DNA of 64,000 nucleotides, from the NCBI GenBank assembly GCA_964573295.1, contig CAZNJE010000002.1:31351-95350 (forward strand). The letters run 5' to 3'. The stretch is from an uncultured bacterium (lineage in GTDB: Bacteria; Eisenbacteria; RBG-16-71-46; CAIMUX01; WJJG01). Below, piece after piece: positions 1 to 10,978 of this stretch. The first letter of the stretch is position 1. Every line of letters begins with the position of its first letter. The position numbers and the translations under genes were made by a program. The notes beneath the pieces are model-generated. The model made no database searches. It was not told the DNA's origin and saw only the letters and a list, made by a program, of their open reading frames with translations.

Positions 1-1593
1 TGAAGGGAATCGCTTCCAGTGATCCGGCATCAGGATGTAGAGATTCTCGGTAAAGGAGAGGATGCCGTGGGGGTGCGTGTGGATCGGATTGAGCGTCTCG
101 TAGGTGAACAGATAGCGCCAGATCAGGGGGATCGCACAACCGGCACTCACGGCGAGGATCGACTGGCCCACCCGGCGCACGCCTTCAGACCGCCAAGGTC
201 GGAAGAGGAGCATGGCCAGGAAGAAGACGCCCAGCGAGAAGAGCACGTACACCGCCGCGAAGATGTGGGTCGCCGTGGCCCCGAAGGCGGCCAGCGCCAC
301 CACGATGAGCACCTTGCGCCGCCCGATCCGCAGGATGTACTCCAGGGAGCCCGCGAGGGTGGCCCAGGCCAGTACGAACCCCATCTGGCTCCCATAGCCC
401 AGCCGCAGAAACGTACCCCGATTGATTTCTCCAAAGAAGACGAACGCCAAGAACGTGGCGAACAGGGCCGAACCCTCACTGCGCAGGAGCCGGCGGGCGA
501 AGGAGTGGAACACCACCAGCGCCAGAGGCATCAGTAAGCCCGGTAGCAGATCCCACAGGTGCAAGACCGATGTGTGACAGAGCACCGCTTGAACGGCGAA
601 CAAGACATGGAAGAAGCCCTTCCGGGCGTCGACGGCAGCACCGTCACCGTCAATGTAGAAGGTCGTGCGCGGCAGGATGCGGTCACGTTCGACCATCTCG
701 CGCAGAGAACTGACGTGATCCAAAGCGTCGGTGTCGAATCCGAACATACCACCCGCGTAAAACCCCAACGCCGACGCCGATGCCACGAGCACTCCGAGCA
801 CGAGTAGGGTCGCCCAGCGTGGTGCGACCGGGTGATCCTTCTTGTGCTGGTCACCAAGCCGGTAGGCCTCGCGCATGATGCGCTGCATGACCGGGTTGAC
901 CTGCTGTTGGGCCAGAAACAGGTCCGCTTGGGTGGGATCGTCCGCCCCCGCGCTGGCCGCCCCCATGCTGGCCGCGCCCGCGCTAGCCGCGTCCGGCGCG
1001 TTCCCCTCCGGCTCTCCGCCAGACCGCGCGCCGGTTGGCTTCCCACGGGCAGTCCCGGGGCCCCGCTCATCGGCTCCCGATATCTCGAACCCCGGCAGGG
1101 TGGAAGCCGCAACCGCCCTCTCCTCTGCTTCCCGTCGGCGAACCGAACGCGCGTTGCGCAAGTCCCGGACGAGCAGGAGCAGGGCCAATACGAAGACGAC
1201 CCCGGCCAGGGCCCAGATGAGCGTCGAGAGCCGGCCCAGGACGAAGGGGCTCGTGCCGGGGTCCGGCACGGGCCCCAACCCCACATCTCCCCCAAAGAAC
1301 CACCCTACCAGGGCCACGGCGGAGAAGATGAAGACGCTGAGCCCGAACGCCCGTGTCAGTCGGGCCGCCAGTCCGATCGTCGACCGTGGCAGTACGAGCA
1401 GGTGGAGGACCCATCCCGGCAACAAATAAAGGAGCGGGGCACCCAGCAGCACGCGGATGGTCTCGGGCAAGAGGGGCGCCGACAGGTACAGCGCCGGATA
1501 GGCCAATGGGCTGGCCAGCCACATCAGATTGAGTGGACTGATGCGCCGACGCATCAAAGGCGTCTGGTCGACCTCGCGATCCCCGGCTTCCAT
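1..1593 (-). CDS. Polytopic membrane protein (5' partial; runs off window start), possible GT-C-type glycosyltransferase paired with the upstream GT2
   Basis: Hand translation of the minus frame from ATG at 1593 stays open to position 1 (not in the ORF track because no stop lies inside the window). It shows multiple hydrophobic helices and a low-complexity loop (GAASAGAASMGAASAG). It starts 25 nt downstream of the GT2 stop, an arrangement typical of polyprenyl-P-sugar synthase plus membrane glycosyltransferase pairs. Confidence 0.45.
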   Translation of the reverse strand, partial: MEAGDREVDQTPLMRRRISPLNLMWLASPLAYPALYLSAPLLPETIRVLLGAPLLYLLPGWVLHLLVLPRSTIGLAARLTRAFGLSVFIFSAVALVGWFFGGDVGLGPVPDPGTSPFVLGRLSTLIWALAGVVFVLALLLLVRDLRNARSVRRREAEERAVAASTLPGFEISGADERGPGTARGKPTGARSGGEPEGNAPDAASAGAASMGAASAGADDPTQADLFLAQQQVNPVMQRIMREAYRLGDQHKKDHPVAPRWATLLVLGVLVASASALGFYAGGMFGFDTDALDHVSSLREMVERDRILPRTTFYIDGDGAAVDARKGFFHVLFAVQAVLCHTSVLHLWDLLPGLLMPLALVVFHSFARRLLRSEGSALFATFLAFVFFGEINRGTFLRLGYGSQMGFVLAWATLAGSLEYILRIGRRKVLIVVALAAFGATATHIFAAVYVLFSLGVFFLAMLLFRPWRSEGVRRVGQSILAVSAGCAIPLIWRYLFTYETLNPIHTHPHGILSFTENLYILMPDHWKRFPS

Positions 1594-1617
1594 GCCTCGC
1601 TCACGGCCTCCCCGAGA

Positions 1618-2289
1618 TCAACTGAACCGCTTCTTGAATAGGAAAGACAGGTTCTCCCAGCCATCGCGCCATTTGCGGAGCTTCACCTCACCCACTCGCG
1701 GCTCGTACTTGATGTGGTACTCCGCGAATCGCATGTCCGGGTGTCGGGCGGCCTCGATCTTGATCTCCTGCGAGAAAGGCATGCCGTCGCTGGTTACACT
1801 CAGCTTCTCGAGCACCGATCGCTTGAAGACCCACATGCCGGATTGAGAATCGGCCATCTTCTGCCCGAAGAGCAGCCAGGTAACAACGGTGAGCAGCCAG
1901 TTGCCGAACTTGTTGGTGGCATTCATCGCTCGCGGGTCCTTGAGCGGGAAGCGCGCCGCGGAAATAAAGTCGAGTCCTTCGGCGACCAGGTGATCGAGCA
2001 GTCCCGGAATCTCCTCGGGCGGATAGGTGCAGTCGGCATCCATCGTGACGATCACATCCTGCGTGGCCGCCGCCATGCCGGCCTTGTAAGCCGCCCCGTA
2101 TCCCTGGCGCGACTCGAAGACGACCTTGGCACCGAGTTGCTCGGCCACTTCCTGGGTGCGGTCGGTGGAGTTGTTGTTCGCAACCACGATTTCGTCGACG
2201 AAGTCCGGCAAGCGCTTGATGACCGCCTGGATGCCTTCCTCCTCGTTGTAGGCTGGGATCACCACGCTGATCGTAAGATCTTGATACAA
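1618..2289 (-). CDS. Family 2 glycosyltransferase (polyprenyl-phosphate sugar synthase / DPM1-like)
   Basis: ISVVIPAYNEEEGI...TMDADCTYPPEEI motifs (GT-A DxD) with a C-terminal amphipathic tail. Likely TTG start at 2289, directly preceded by GGAGGAGAGG. The ORF-track frame extends to 2346. Confidence 0.85.
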   Translation of the reverse strand: MYQDLTISVVIPAYNEEEGIQAVIKRLPDFVDEIVVANNNSTDRTQEVAEQLGAKVVFESRQGYGAAYKAGMAAATQDVIVTMDADCTYPPEEIPGLLDHLVAEGLDFISAARFPLKDPRAMNATNKFGNWLLTVVTWLLFGQKMADSQSGMWVFKRSVLEKLSVTSDGMPFSQEIKIEAARHPDMRFAEYHIKYEPRVGEVKLRKWRDGWENLSFLFKKRFS

Positions 2290-2726
2290 CCTCTCCTCCT
2301 GGGCCGCATGTGTGAGGATCCGGCCGCTTCCAGCGACCGGCCCCAATTCAAACTGGGCTGTGCGTCAAACAGCAGGTAGCCACCACCCTCCAAAATACGC
2401 TTCCGCCTAGTGTATCGGACGATTCGGTCCGGTTCCAGCACGGCGAGTGACCTGCTGGCGGGCATCCAGCAAGGCGACCGATCGCCCCGAATGGCTGATC
2501 CCCACCAATCCGCCCTTCTGCGCGCAACAGACTTGCGCCCGCAAACCCCTGCAGAAAAGACGATTACAGATATCGCCAGGAGGGAACGATGCATAGATCG
2601 GATGCTAGAATGCGACCGCGGTCTCACCTCAGGCAGGGCACCCGCATTCCTCGGCGGACCAACTGACGGTTCAGTGAACGGGAAACGAGGCCTTCTCGGG
2701 CCGCAACGAGCGAGGAAGTGTACGCG

Positions 2727-4727
2727 ATGAAAAACTGGACGGTGGGCAAGAAGATCACATTCGGCTTCGGATTCGTGGTGTTGGCTCTGGCCGGCGTGTC
2801 CCTGTGGTCGGTCGTGGGCGTGGGCACGATCGTCAAGAACGCCGAGGAGGTCATCGGGGGTAACGTGCTGCGCGGTGAGATGGTCCAGCGTGAAGTAGAC
2901 CATCTCAGCTGGGCCAACGCGGTCAACGCCTTGCTGAACGATGATTCGGTCACCGAGCTGTGCGTCGAGACCGATCCCCACAACTGCGCCTTCGGCCAAT
3001 GGTACTATGGCGAAGGGCGCCAGCACGCCGAAGAGCTGGTGCCGGAGATCGCCGGAGACCTGCGAGCCATCGAGTCGTGGCACGATCAGCTCCACGCCTC
3101 GGCCGCCGAGATCGGCAAGGTCTTCCACCAGGCCGATTTGGGCCTGAGTGCCGAGTTGCAAGCGAAAAAGGTGGACCATCTGCGCTGGGCCGCCGTGATC
3201 CAGGACGCCATGCTCGACCAGAGCTGCACGCATGCCGATGTGCAGACCGATCCCCGCCAGTGCAAGTTCGGCCAGTGGTACTACTCCGACCAGGTGCGTC
3301 GACTACGCTCGGAGGATCCGGAGTTCGATGCGGTCTGCCAAGCGGTCGAGGCCCCGCACCGCAAGCTGCACGAGAGCGCTGTCCACATCAACGATCTCTT
3401 GATCGAGGACCAGCGCGCCGAGGCGCTCGAACACTACAATACGCACACCGCCCTCCTCGCGGATCAAACCTGCCAGGCGATCGACGACATCATCGCCTGG
3501 AACGAGCGGGCCGTCGACGGACTCCAGGCCGCGCAGCAGATCTATGCCCAGGAAACTCAACCTTCGCTCGCGCAGGTGCAGGGATATCTGGGCGCGATTC
3601 GTGACAAGGTAACCGACAACGTCATGACCGATGAGCAGATGCTGGCCAGCGCCACCCAGACCCGCTTCGGCGTACTGGCGATCAGCATCGTCGCCGGTGT
3701 GATCGCCATCCTGCTCGCGATCACGATCACCGCCGGCATCAAGAAGCTGCTCACCCGGATCGCCACCGCACTCGAGGAAGGCGCCGCCCAGGTCTCGAGC
3801 GCCGCCAACCAGGTCTCCAGCTCGAGCCAGTCGCTGGCCGAGGGCTCGGCCGAGCAGGCCGCCTCGATCGAGGAGACCTCCAGCAGCCTCGAGGAACTGG
3901 CCTCGATGACCCGCCGCAACGCCGACAACGCCGGCGAGGCTAACACGCTGGCCGCCACGGCCCAGGCCAATGCCACGAAGGGCGGCGAGGCCATGCAGCG
4001 GATGGGCACGGCCATCGACGACATCAAGGGTTCCTCGGACGAAACGGCCAAGATCGTCAAGACGATCGATGAGATCGCCTTCCAAACAAATCTGCTCGCC
4101 CTCAATGCCGCGGTCGAGGCCGCCCGCGCCGGCGAGGCCGGCAAGGGCTTCGCGGTGGTGGCCGAAGAGGTGCGCACCTTGGCCCAACGTTCGGCCGAGG
4201 CCGCCAAGAACACCGCCGATCTCATCACGCAGGCGGTGACAAAGGCCGAGAGCGGCGTCTCGATCAGCCGCGAGGTGGCCGAGGTGCTGAAGGAGATCGA
4301 CCATGGGTCGACCCGGGTCAACGAACTGATCGGGCAGATCACGACGGCCAGCCGCGAGCAAGCCGAGGGCGTGGACCAGATCAACACCGCCGTCTCTCAG
4401 ATGGACCAGGTGATCCAGTCGAATGCGGCCAACTCTGAGGAAACCGCCGCGGCGGCCGAAGAGATGAGCGCCCAGGCCGAAGAGCTCGACTACAACGTGG
4501 CCGAGCTGCAGCGGATGGTCCGCGGCTACGCGCACGATCGTCCGGGCCGGTCGCGCCGTGGGCCGCAGGCCGCGCGGCAGCGGGCCACGCGGCAGCGGGA
4601 AGAGAGTCCAGTTGAGACGCCGGTGGTCGCTAATCTGGAAATTGATACGGTGCAAACGAGGCAACTGGGGAATGCGGGGATGGTCATCCCAATCGACGAT
4701 CACGAGGAGATCGCCGCGAGCTCTTAG
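2727..4727 (+). CDS. Methyl-accepting chemotaxis protein with tandem CZB-like domains between two TM helices
   Basis: N-terminal TM, then two repeats carrying DHLxW...CxFGQWYY...HxxLH (CZB-like 3His/1Cys signature), a second TM, then the MCP signalling domain ([42 protein letters not shown]). ATG at 2727 lies 8 nt after GAGGAAG. Confidence 0.9.
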   Translation: MKNWTVGKKITFGFGFVVLALAGVSLWSVVGVGTIVKNAEEVIGGNVLRGEMVQREVDHLSWANAVNALLNDDSVTELCVETDPHNCAFGQWYYGEGRQHAEELVPEIAGDLRAIESWHDQLHASAAEIGKVFHQADLGLSAELQAKKVDHLRWAAVIQDAMLDQSCTHADVQTDPRQCKFGQWYYSDQVRRLRSEDPEFDAVCQAVEAPHRKLHESAVHINDLLIEDQRAEALEHYNTHTALLADQTCQAIDDIIAWNERAVDGLQAAQQIYAQETQPSLAQVQGYLGAIRDKVTDNVMTDEQMLASATQTRFGVLAISIVAGVIAILLAITITAGIKKLLTRIATALEEGAAQVSSAANQVSSSSQSLAEGSAEQAASIEETSSSLEELASMTRRNADNAGEANTLAATAQANATKGGEAMQRMGTAIDDIKGSSDETAKIVKTIDEIAFQTNLLALNAAVEAARAGEAGKGFAVVAEEVRTLAQRSAEAAKNTADLITQAVTKAESGVSISREVAEVLKEIDHGSTRVNELIGQITTASREQAEGVDQINTAVSQMDQVIQSNAANSEETAAAAEEMSAQAEELDYNVAELQRMVRGYAHDRPGRSRRGPQAARQRATRQREESPVETPVVANLEIDTVQTRQLGNAGMVIPIDDHEEIAASS

Positions 4728-4862
4728 GAGGTATCCGCCGGGCGTTCAAACGAATGTCCGGCGCGTATTGCGCAGACCGAGGGCTTTCGCGCCACACGGA
4801 GCCGGGCCGGGCCGGGCTGGGCCGGGCCGGGCTGGGCCGGGCCAGCTCGTGTGTGCCCCAGC

Positions 4863-6524
4863 TTAGGAGTCTACGACGGCGTAGTCTCGGGACATCACCG
4901 GCTGCGCACATCTTGACAAGCGGGGCGCCCCCCGAGCAGCCTCGAGCCGGGGAGCATGTGTCGCGGACGAATGGATCTGCCGATCCAGGTGCTGCTCCAG
5001 GTACCGAGCGAACGGCCCCAGGTGCAGATAGAGTGCGGCGAAACTGACGACCGACCGCAGCGCGCGAGGGTTGTGCAGCAGGCAATCGGACAGCGCGCGC
5101 CAGAAGTGCGGGCGCGCCTCTTGATCGCGCACTCCCAGCTGGAAGCCGATCTCGAGGAAGGAGCGCACGTTCCGGACACGAACCCTCAGCGGGCGACGCG
5201 GTCCCGGCCGTGCCATGTTGAGATCGCGCGCCATGCGGCGCACCCGGCCGAAGAAAGCGCTGGGATGGTAGATCGATCGCAGGATATCGCGGTAATCCCT
5301 GAGGACATCCGCGCGCGCCCGGAGGGTCTCGAAGTTCAGTCCAGAGCTACACTGGTCCCCCGCGTCCATCGAAGCGAGGGTGTCTCCATCCACATGAAGG
5401 CGCCCCTCCAACCGCAAGCGTCTAGAAAGCTGCGTATTGGGCAGCGCATAGAGCAGGCCCACCATGCAAACTGGAATGGCCGCCTCCTCGATGCAGGCGA
5501 TCATCCCATCCGAGACGGAACCGTCCTCACCATCGAGCCCCACGATGAAGCCAGCGTTGACAAAGATACCCGCCTGATGAATCCTGCGCACACTTTCCGT
5601 GATGTCCTTGAGGACGTTTTGAGTCTTCTGGGCCTTCAGAAGCGCGCTCTTGTCCGGCGATTCGATGCCGACGAACACAGCGAAGAAGCCGGCGTTGCGC
5701 ATTAGGGACAAGAGGTCCGCATCCTCTGCCAAGTTGATGCTGGCCTCGCTCGTGAACTCAAATGGGATACCCCGGCGCTTCTGCCAGGCACCCAGCGCGG
5801 TGAGGAAGCTTCGTGCAGCCCGGCGATTGCCAATGATGTTGTCGTCCACGAAATCGACATGCCCGCGGTACCCGAGGTCATACAGGCAATCGAGCTCGCC
5901 GAGAATCTGATCGGTCTGCTTGAACCGTGGCACCCGGCCGTTGAGTTCGATGACGTTGCAGAACTCACAATTGTACGGACATCCGCGGGAGAACTGAACG
6001 CCGACGTGCATGTAGTGCTCGAGTTTGAGCAGATCGAAGCGCGGAATCGGTGAGCGCTTCAGATCCGGAAACCCCTCGGCGGTGAAGAGGCCACGGGTGT
6101 CACCACGCCGCCAGGCGGTGACGAACGCATCCATCACGTCCTCGGCTTCACCCAAGACGCGGAACTCGGCCTCCACATAGCGATCGGGACTGGCGGTCAC
6201 GTCCGGACCACCCACTACGACCGGTCTACCCGCCGAATGGGCCCGTTCAATGATCCGCAAAGCGTGGAGCTGCTGGGGCAGCATACTCCCCAACATCACC
6301 AGGTCGGCCCACTCGATGTCGCCATCCAGCAAGTCCTCGGTATTGCAGTCGACCAATCGCACATTCCACTCACGGGGCAGCAGTGCGGCCACGGTGATGA
6401 GACCCAGGGGAGCAGCCAGGTACCGCGCTCCCACGACAGCGCAGGTTTCCTTGTAGTTCCAGAACGAGTGCAGACTGAAGCGTGGACTGACGAGGAGCAC
6501 TCTCGGATCGCATTGTCGGGTCAT
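4863..6524 (-). CDS. B12-binding domain radical SAM protein (DUF4070-type C-terminus)
   Basis: N-terminal cobalamin-binding-like region (LLVSPRF...DLVMLGSM), CxxxCxxC radical SAM cluster motif (RGCPYNCEFC), long C-terminal extension. Confidence 0.85.
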   Translation of the reverse strand: MTRQCDPRVLLVSPRFSLHSFWNYKETCAVVGARYLAAPLGLITVAALLPREWNVRLVDCNTEDLLDGDIEWADLVMLGSMLPQQLHALRIIERAHSAGRPVVVGGPDVTASPDRYVEAEFRVLGEAEDVMDAFVTAWRRGDTRGLFTAEGFPDLKRSPIPRFDLLKLEHYMHVGVQFSRGCPYNCEFCNVIELNGRVPRFKQTDQILGELDCLYDLGYRGHVDFVDDNIIGNRRAARSFLTALGAWQKRRGIPFEFTSEASINLAEDADLLSLMRNAGFFAVFVGIESPDKSALLKAQKTQNVLKDITESVRRIHQAGIFVNAGFIVGLDGEDGSVSDGMIACIEEAAIPVCMVGLLYALPNTQLSRRLRLEGRLHVDGDTLASMDAGDQCSSGLNFETLRARADVLRDYRDILRSIYHPSAFFGRVRRMARDLNMARPGPRRPLRVRVRNVRSFLEIGFQLGVRDQEARPHFWRALSDCLLHNPRALRSVVSFAALYLHLGPFARYLEQHLDRQIHSSATHAPRLEAARGAPRLSRCAQPVMSRDYAVVDS

Positions 6525-6654
6525 CGACGCCCTCCTGCAAGGTCATGCGGGTCTAGCGCAATGTGGTTACGATTCGGGCAAGTTCGTGGGCTGGGGGTGA
6601 GGGTGAGGGTGAGGGGACGCCAACAGGACGCCCCCCCACAAGAACGAATCCGCT

Positions 6655-6936
6655 CTACCAGCGGCCGCGGCCGCCACCCGAGCGATCCTCGCGAGGCTTC
6701 GCCAGGTTGACCTTCAGGTTGCGACCCTGGAAGTCCTTTCCATCAAGACTCTTGATGGCTTCCTGGGCATCCTCCGAGTTGGCCATCTCCACGAATGCGA
6801 ATCCACGGGGCCGGCCCGTATCCCGATCCGTGATGACCTTGGCCGATGTCACCTCGCCGTGAGACTGGAACAGCTCCTGCAAGCTATCCTCGGTGACTTC
6901 GAAGGGCAGATTTCCGACATACAGTTTGTTCGACAT
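6655..6936 (-). CDS. RRM-type RNA-binding protein (glycine-rich tail)
   Basis: RNP2 LYVGNL and RNP1 RGFAFVEM, C-terminal RSGGGRGRW. Internal ATG at 6936 follows AGAGAGG. Confidence 0.9.
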   Translation of the reverse strand: MSNKLYVGNLPFEVTEDSLQELFQSHGEVTSAKVITDRDTGRPRGFAFVEMANSEDAQEAIKSLDGKDFQGRNLKVNLAKPREDRSGGGRGRW

Positions 6937-7316
6937 GACAGAACCTCTCTTGTTGACGACCGGTCGCCGCATCGAACTGCAGTCGTCTCTTTGTACACTG
7001 ACCTGAGATTACCGTGAGGTGAGCTGCGGTAGGACCGCTGGACCATGGATGCGTCTTCAGACCCAAGAGGTGCTGGTATCAGCGCGACGAGGGATGGAGA
7101 GGTTTCGGGTTCAGCAACGAGTCTGACCGGCAGGCCAACTGTGCGGATCGGGTTTGGCTAGCTAACAACTCCTTCGCAAGCCTAGAACTCAGGCTCTTTG
7201 TGCCAGGCGGCATCGCCACTTGCGGCACCACCCAGACACAGAGATAGCATCGACCATGGAGACCCAGAAGTCCAGACATTTCGGACAAAATTGGGCGCCG
7301 GCATGCCAAGATCCAC

Positions 7317-8732
7317 TCAGGCGGCCTCCTCCAGCGGTTCGACCTCTTCGTCACGTCGGTCCGCTGGAGCCATGTCACCGCCGCCGACGACCCCCACCAG
7401 CGCCTGGACCATGACCCTCAACCGTTCCGCGTGGGTCGTGAGTTCCTCGGAGGCACAGGCCGTTCCCTGTGCGCTGTCTCGGGTCTGCTGGGTGACGGTC
7501 GAGACGCGCGTGACGGAGTCGTTCACCTGGGAAATTCCCTGCGCCTGCTCTCTCGAGTTCGAGGCAATCGTATCCACGAGACCCTTGACCGACTCGGCCC
7601 CCTCCGTGATGGAGGTGAGCGCGCCGGCGACCTCGGCACTGATGCGAACGCCGTTAGCAGCCTTCCCCAGCGATGCTTCGATCATCTCAGCAGTGTTTCG
7701 GGCGGCTTCGGCGCTACGCTGCGCCAGGTGGCGAACTTCTTCGGCAACGACGGCGAAGCCCTTTCCGGCCTCCCCGGCGCGGGCCGCCTCGACAGCGGCG
7801 TTGAGGGCCAACAGGTTGGTCTGAAACGCGATCTCATCGATCGTCTTCACGATCTTCGCGGTCATGTCCGAGGAGTCCTTGATCTCATGGATGGCCTGGG
7901 AGAGCTGAGCCATGGCCTGGACACCATGTGCGGCGTCCGTCTTCGACTTTCCGGCCTCGGCACTGGTCGTTTCGGCATCGGAGGCGGCTTGGCTGGTCAT
8001 GATCGTCATCCGCTCCAGGCTGCCGGATGTGTCTTCCAGCTCCGTCGCCTGGATCCGACTGCCTTCGGCCAACGACTGGCTTGTAGCAGAGACACTTCTG
8101 GCAACAGTGGTAAGCAAGGAGCCCACGGTGCGGAGATCTCCGATCACGCTGTAGATCGGCTTCGTGATCCGATGGATGACGAATAGCCCCACCACAGCGG
8201 CACCCACGACGACGATCAGCGCAATGACCGCCGAGGTCGCCGAATTGCGCATCGCCTGGGCTTGAAGAAAGTTTTTCGAGAAGGTCACCCGCAGGAAACC
8301 GTGTTCGGTGCCATCCGAATCTCGAAGGGGCATCACGATGTGCAGGGCCTTGCCCTCGTGGGTCGCGGTCAGCTCCGATGGCGGTTCCTGCAGAGGTTCG
8401 TCCTGATCCGCCCCCGAGAGAGAGGCCACCCACGCTAGGTCTTCATCGTAGACCCAGGCATCGGCAATCGTGGCTTGCTCGCAGTCTTCTTCACTCCGAA
8501 GCGACTCGAGCGTTCGATTCAGAGCCGCCCCTTCGTCGAGGAATGACGATTTCAGGCCCACAATGACATTCTGTGCCAATTGCTCGGTGATAAACCGAGC
8601 ATCGACTTCCAGCATGTCCGTGGCCAGATCCCGCGCCTGGCGGGAAGCAATCACGGTCAGAAGCACGCTAACGAGAACGCCGGTCGAGATCATCACCGCG
8701 GCGAGTTTCACTCGCATCGAAAGCGGCCTCAT
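7317..8732 (-). CDS. Methyl-accepting chemotaxis protein (paralog of 2727-4727)
   Basis: TM1, ~170-aa periplasmic region, TM2, then an MCP signalling domain whose core is identical to the first MCP ([42 protein letters not shown]). ATG at 8732 after GGGAGAG. Confidence 0.85.
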   Translation of the reverse strand: MRPLSMRVKLAAVMISTGVLVSVLLTVIASRQARDLATDMLEVDARFITEQLAQNVIVGLKSSFLDEGAALNRTLESLRSEEDCEQATIADAWVYDEDLAWVASLSGADQDEPLQEPPSELTATHEGKALHIVMPLRDSDGTEHGFLRVTFSKNFLQAQAMRNSATSAVIALIVVVGAAVVGLFVIHRITKPIYSVIGDLRTVGSLLTTVARSVSATSQSLAEGSRIQATELEDTSGSLERMTIMTSQAASDAETTSAEAGKSKTDAAHGVQAMAQLSQAIHEIKDSSDMTAKIVKTIDEIAFQTNLLALNAAVEAARAGEAGKGFAVVAEEVRHLAQRSAEAARNTAEMIEASLGKAANGVRISAEVAGALTSITEGAESVKGLVDTIASNSREQAQGISQVNDSVTRVSTVTQQTRDSAQGTACASEELTTHAERLRVMVQALVGVVGGGDMAPADRRDEEVEPLEEAA

Positions 8733-8860
8733 GCTGCTCTCCCTATGTGCGACATGCGCGACACTGCTTGTCCCCCCGATTGGCTGCGGCCCAACAGCGC
8801 CCGATGATCCTCCTCTGTGGAAGAGCCTCATGCAAGGAGGCAACAAGGAGGCAAACGTGC

Positions 8861-10924
8861 CTACTGCAGAATCCGGACGCCTCCCACAAAGGTGCGCTCG
8901 ATCGCATCGGCAAAGCCGTACTGCTGTTCGCCATCGCTGAACAGGTTGCGTACGCCCAGGAACGGCATGAGGGATCCACCCACGTGGAAGGCGACCTGGG
9001 CATTGGCGTTCAGCCCGGCGGGGATCGTCGCGACCCCCAGCAGACCGGAGAACTCTTGCTCTCCGGAGAACGTACCGTTTGTGTTGACATCGATCCGGCG
9101 GGATACTCGGTAGTTGAGGTCGAAACCGCCGTAGACCGTCGGGGTCGTCTGGATGGACGTGTCTAGCTCCGATTGAAGCTGGGGTTCGTCATCGTACTGG
9201 GTGTCTTGGAGAGTCGCGAAGAACCGAGCATTCAACCCGCGAAACAGGTCGGCTTCGATAGCCACCGTTCCACAATACTGCGTCGCCCTGAGGTCGTGGT
9301 TGAAGTACTCGTACTCGATGACCAGCACGTCGTCGTCGGTCGAGGTTCCCTTGTAGAGAAGATCGCCGAACTCTTCGAGCTGCGAGACTGAACCCTGGAC
9401 GTCGAGCGTGATCAGGGGCAGCGATGTGGTCCGCCACCCAATTTCGTAGGTGGTCATGTTCAGGGCATGGAGGTCCGGATTGCCTTGATACCGGATCTCC
9501 GCCAGTTCCAGGGACATTCTGTGGTCGATGTGCGTCTCGAGCATGCTGGGTGCCTTGTTCGCATAGTAGGCTACGCCACGGAAGATGTTGCGCACATTGG
9601 GCATGTAGGTCGCAGCGAACTGGAAGGATGGATACATGTTGTCGGTGTGCTCGTAGCGGTCGCCCCGCAGCGCCCCGAGGAAGCGCCAGTGGCCGGCGGG
9701 CTTGTAGTCCAGCAGCAGCGACGCGGCCGCGTTCACGATGCTCTGGGACCCGCCGATGAACGGGCCGTCGTATTCCGCAAGCCGATAGCTGAGGCCGGGC
9801 CGGATCTTCAGTCGCTTCACGTTCAGATCATGCTCGACAACCCCCTCCAGGATGGTCAGGTCATATTGCCAGTCCTCCAGGCCCGCCACCCTCTGATCCC
9901 CTCCCAAGATGGACAGCTGGGCCCGGGTGGCGTCGTTCAGGGTCAGCTTCAGATCCGCATAGCTGCTGGTCGAGCCGTTGGTCGATAGGGGCGTGATCAG
10001 GTTGTTCACATAGACCTTCTGCGCCTCCGAATCCTGCCAACCGGCGCTCAACTCCAAATGGGCGTCGCGACCCAACTGATAGGCCATGAGGCCGTTGAGG
10101 GCGAGCGTCTTCAGAGACCTGTCCGGGTTCGGGTATCGAGCATCGATGTCTGCGACCAGATCGTCGGGAGTCAACACCGAGTGGAGATCGTCGTGCGACA
10201 CGTACCTTCCACTGGACCACTCGTAGTAGGTGTCGGTATGACGGTCACGGGTCTCGTAATTGACCGCGAAGAGCGCAGAGGCTTGCGGTCCCTTGTAGCT
10301 CATGGTCCCGCTGGCCTTGTAGGCGTCATGGCCGGCCACCTGAGAGGCGCCGTTGACCTGCAGGCCCTTCGCCTCGGGCTGAGTGGTGACGATGTTGATG
10401 ACGCCGGCCACGGCGTTGGGACCGTAGAGCGCCGAGGATGGCCCGCGGATGACCTCGATCCGTTTGACGTTGTTGATATCCACCGGCAGGGTGTCCCAGA
10501 ACGTACCACTGGCGAAGTGGTTGTATACAATGCGATAGTCGATCATCACCAGCGTGATGGCGTTCGAGGGCAAGGGCAGCATCGAGTTGACCGTGGCATT
10601 GTCGAACCCGCGCAGATGAACATCGTAGTTGCCGGGACTCTGCTCCCGGACGATCATCCCGGGAACCAGCCGGAGCGCCTCCGGAATGGACGTAGCCCCG
10701 GATTGGATGATTTCATCACGCTGCAGCACCGACACATCGAGGGGGGCCTCGAACAAGACCTCGGGCGTCTTGGTAATCGCCTCGATGACCTCGACGTTCA
10801 TGAGGTCATCCAGGGACAGGTCGGCGTAGTTGCCCTGCGCGATGGCCCCGGACACCGTACCGAAACAGGTCATCAGGACGCAGGCTGCCCGGAATGTCCT
10901 CCGACTCCTCTGCTTTGCTTCCAT
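8861..10924 (-). CDS. TonB-dependent outer-membrane receptor
   Basis: Signal peptide, plug domain ([23 protein letters not shown]...[30 protein letters not shown]), long beta-barrel region. AGGAG SD. Confidence 0.85.
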   Translation of the reverse strand: MEAKQRSRRTFRAACVLMTCFGTVSGAIAQGNYADLSLDDLMNVEVIEAITKTPEVLFEAPLDVSVLQRDEIIQSGATSIPEALRLVPGMIVREQSPGNYDVHLRGFDNATVNSMLPLPSNAITLVMIDYRIVYNHFASGTFWDTLPVDINNVKRIEVIRGPSSALYGPNAVAGVINIVTTQPEAKGLQVNGASQVAGHDAYKASGTMSYKGPQASALFAVNYETRDRHTDTYYEWSSGRYVSHDDLHSVLTPDDLVADIDARYPNPDRSLKTLALNGLMAYQLGRDAHLELSAGWQDSEAQKVYVNNLITPLSTNGSTSSYADLKLTLNDATRAQLSILGGDQRVAGLEDWQYDLTILEGVVEHDLNVKRLKIRPGLSYRLAEYDGPFIGGSQSIVNAAASLLLDYKPAGHWRFLGALRGDRYEHTDNMYPSFQFAATYMPNVRNIFRGVAYYANKAPSMLETHIDHRMSLELAEIRYQGNPDLHALNMTTYEIGWRTTSLPLITLDVQGSVSQLEEFGDLLYKGTSTDDDVLVIEYEYFNHDLRATQYCGTVAIEADLFRGLNARFFATLQDTQYDDEPQLQSELDTSIQTTPTVYGGFDLNYRVSRRIDVNTNGTFSGEQEFSGLLGVATIPAGLNANAQVAFHVGGSLMPFLGVRNLFSDGEQQYGFADAIERTFVGGVRILQ

Positions 10925-10978
10925 CGTACGCTCCTATGTCATGAATTGCGTGGTCGATTGCAGCCTGGATGGGTTCCC

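Noticed and set aside
531-1641. ORFs 531-1295(-) and 832-1641(+) of 250-270 aa
   Set aside because: Both are alternative frames of the region that encodes a coherent multi-helix membrane protein in the third minus frame. Their translations are Arg/Pro/Gly-rich nonsense.
2259-3233. 324-aa minus-strand ORF overlapping the GT2/MCP intergenic region and the MCP N-terminus
   Set aside because: Antisense shadow ORF typical of high-GC DNA. The opposite strand carries a well-supported MCP with RBS, and this ORF has no motif and a low-complexity Arg/Gly/Pro composition.
3430-3620. Third CZB repeat in the MCP sensor region
   Set aside because: The segment after the second CZB copy lacks the Cys-x-F-G-x-W and HxxxH signatures. 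Only two copies are supportable.
3303-4703. 466-aa and 276-aa minus-strand ORFs inside the first MCP
   Set aside because: Antisense to a strongly supported MCP signalling domain. Composition is Arg/Gly/Leu-rich low complexity.
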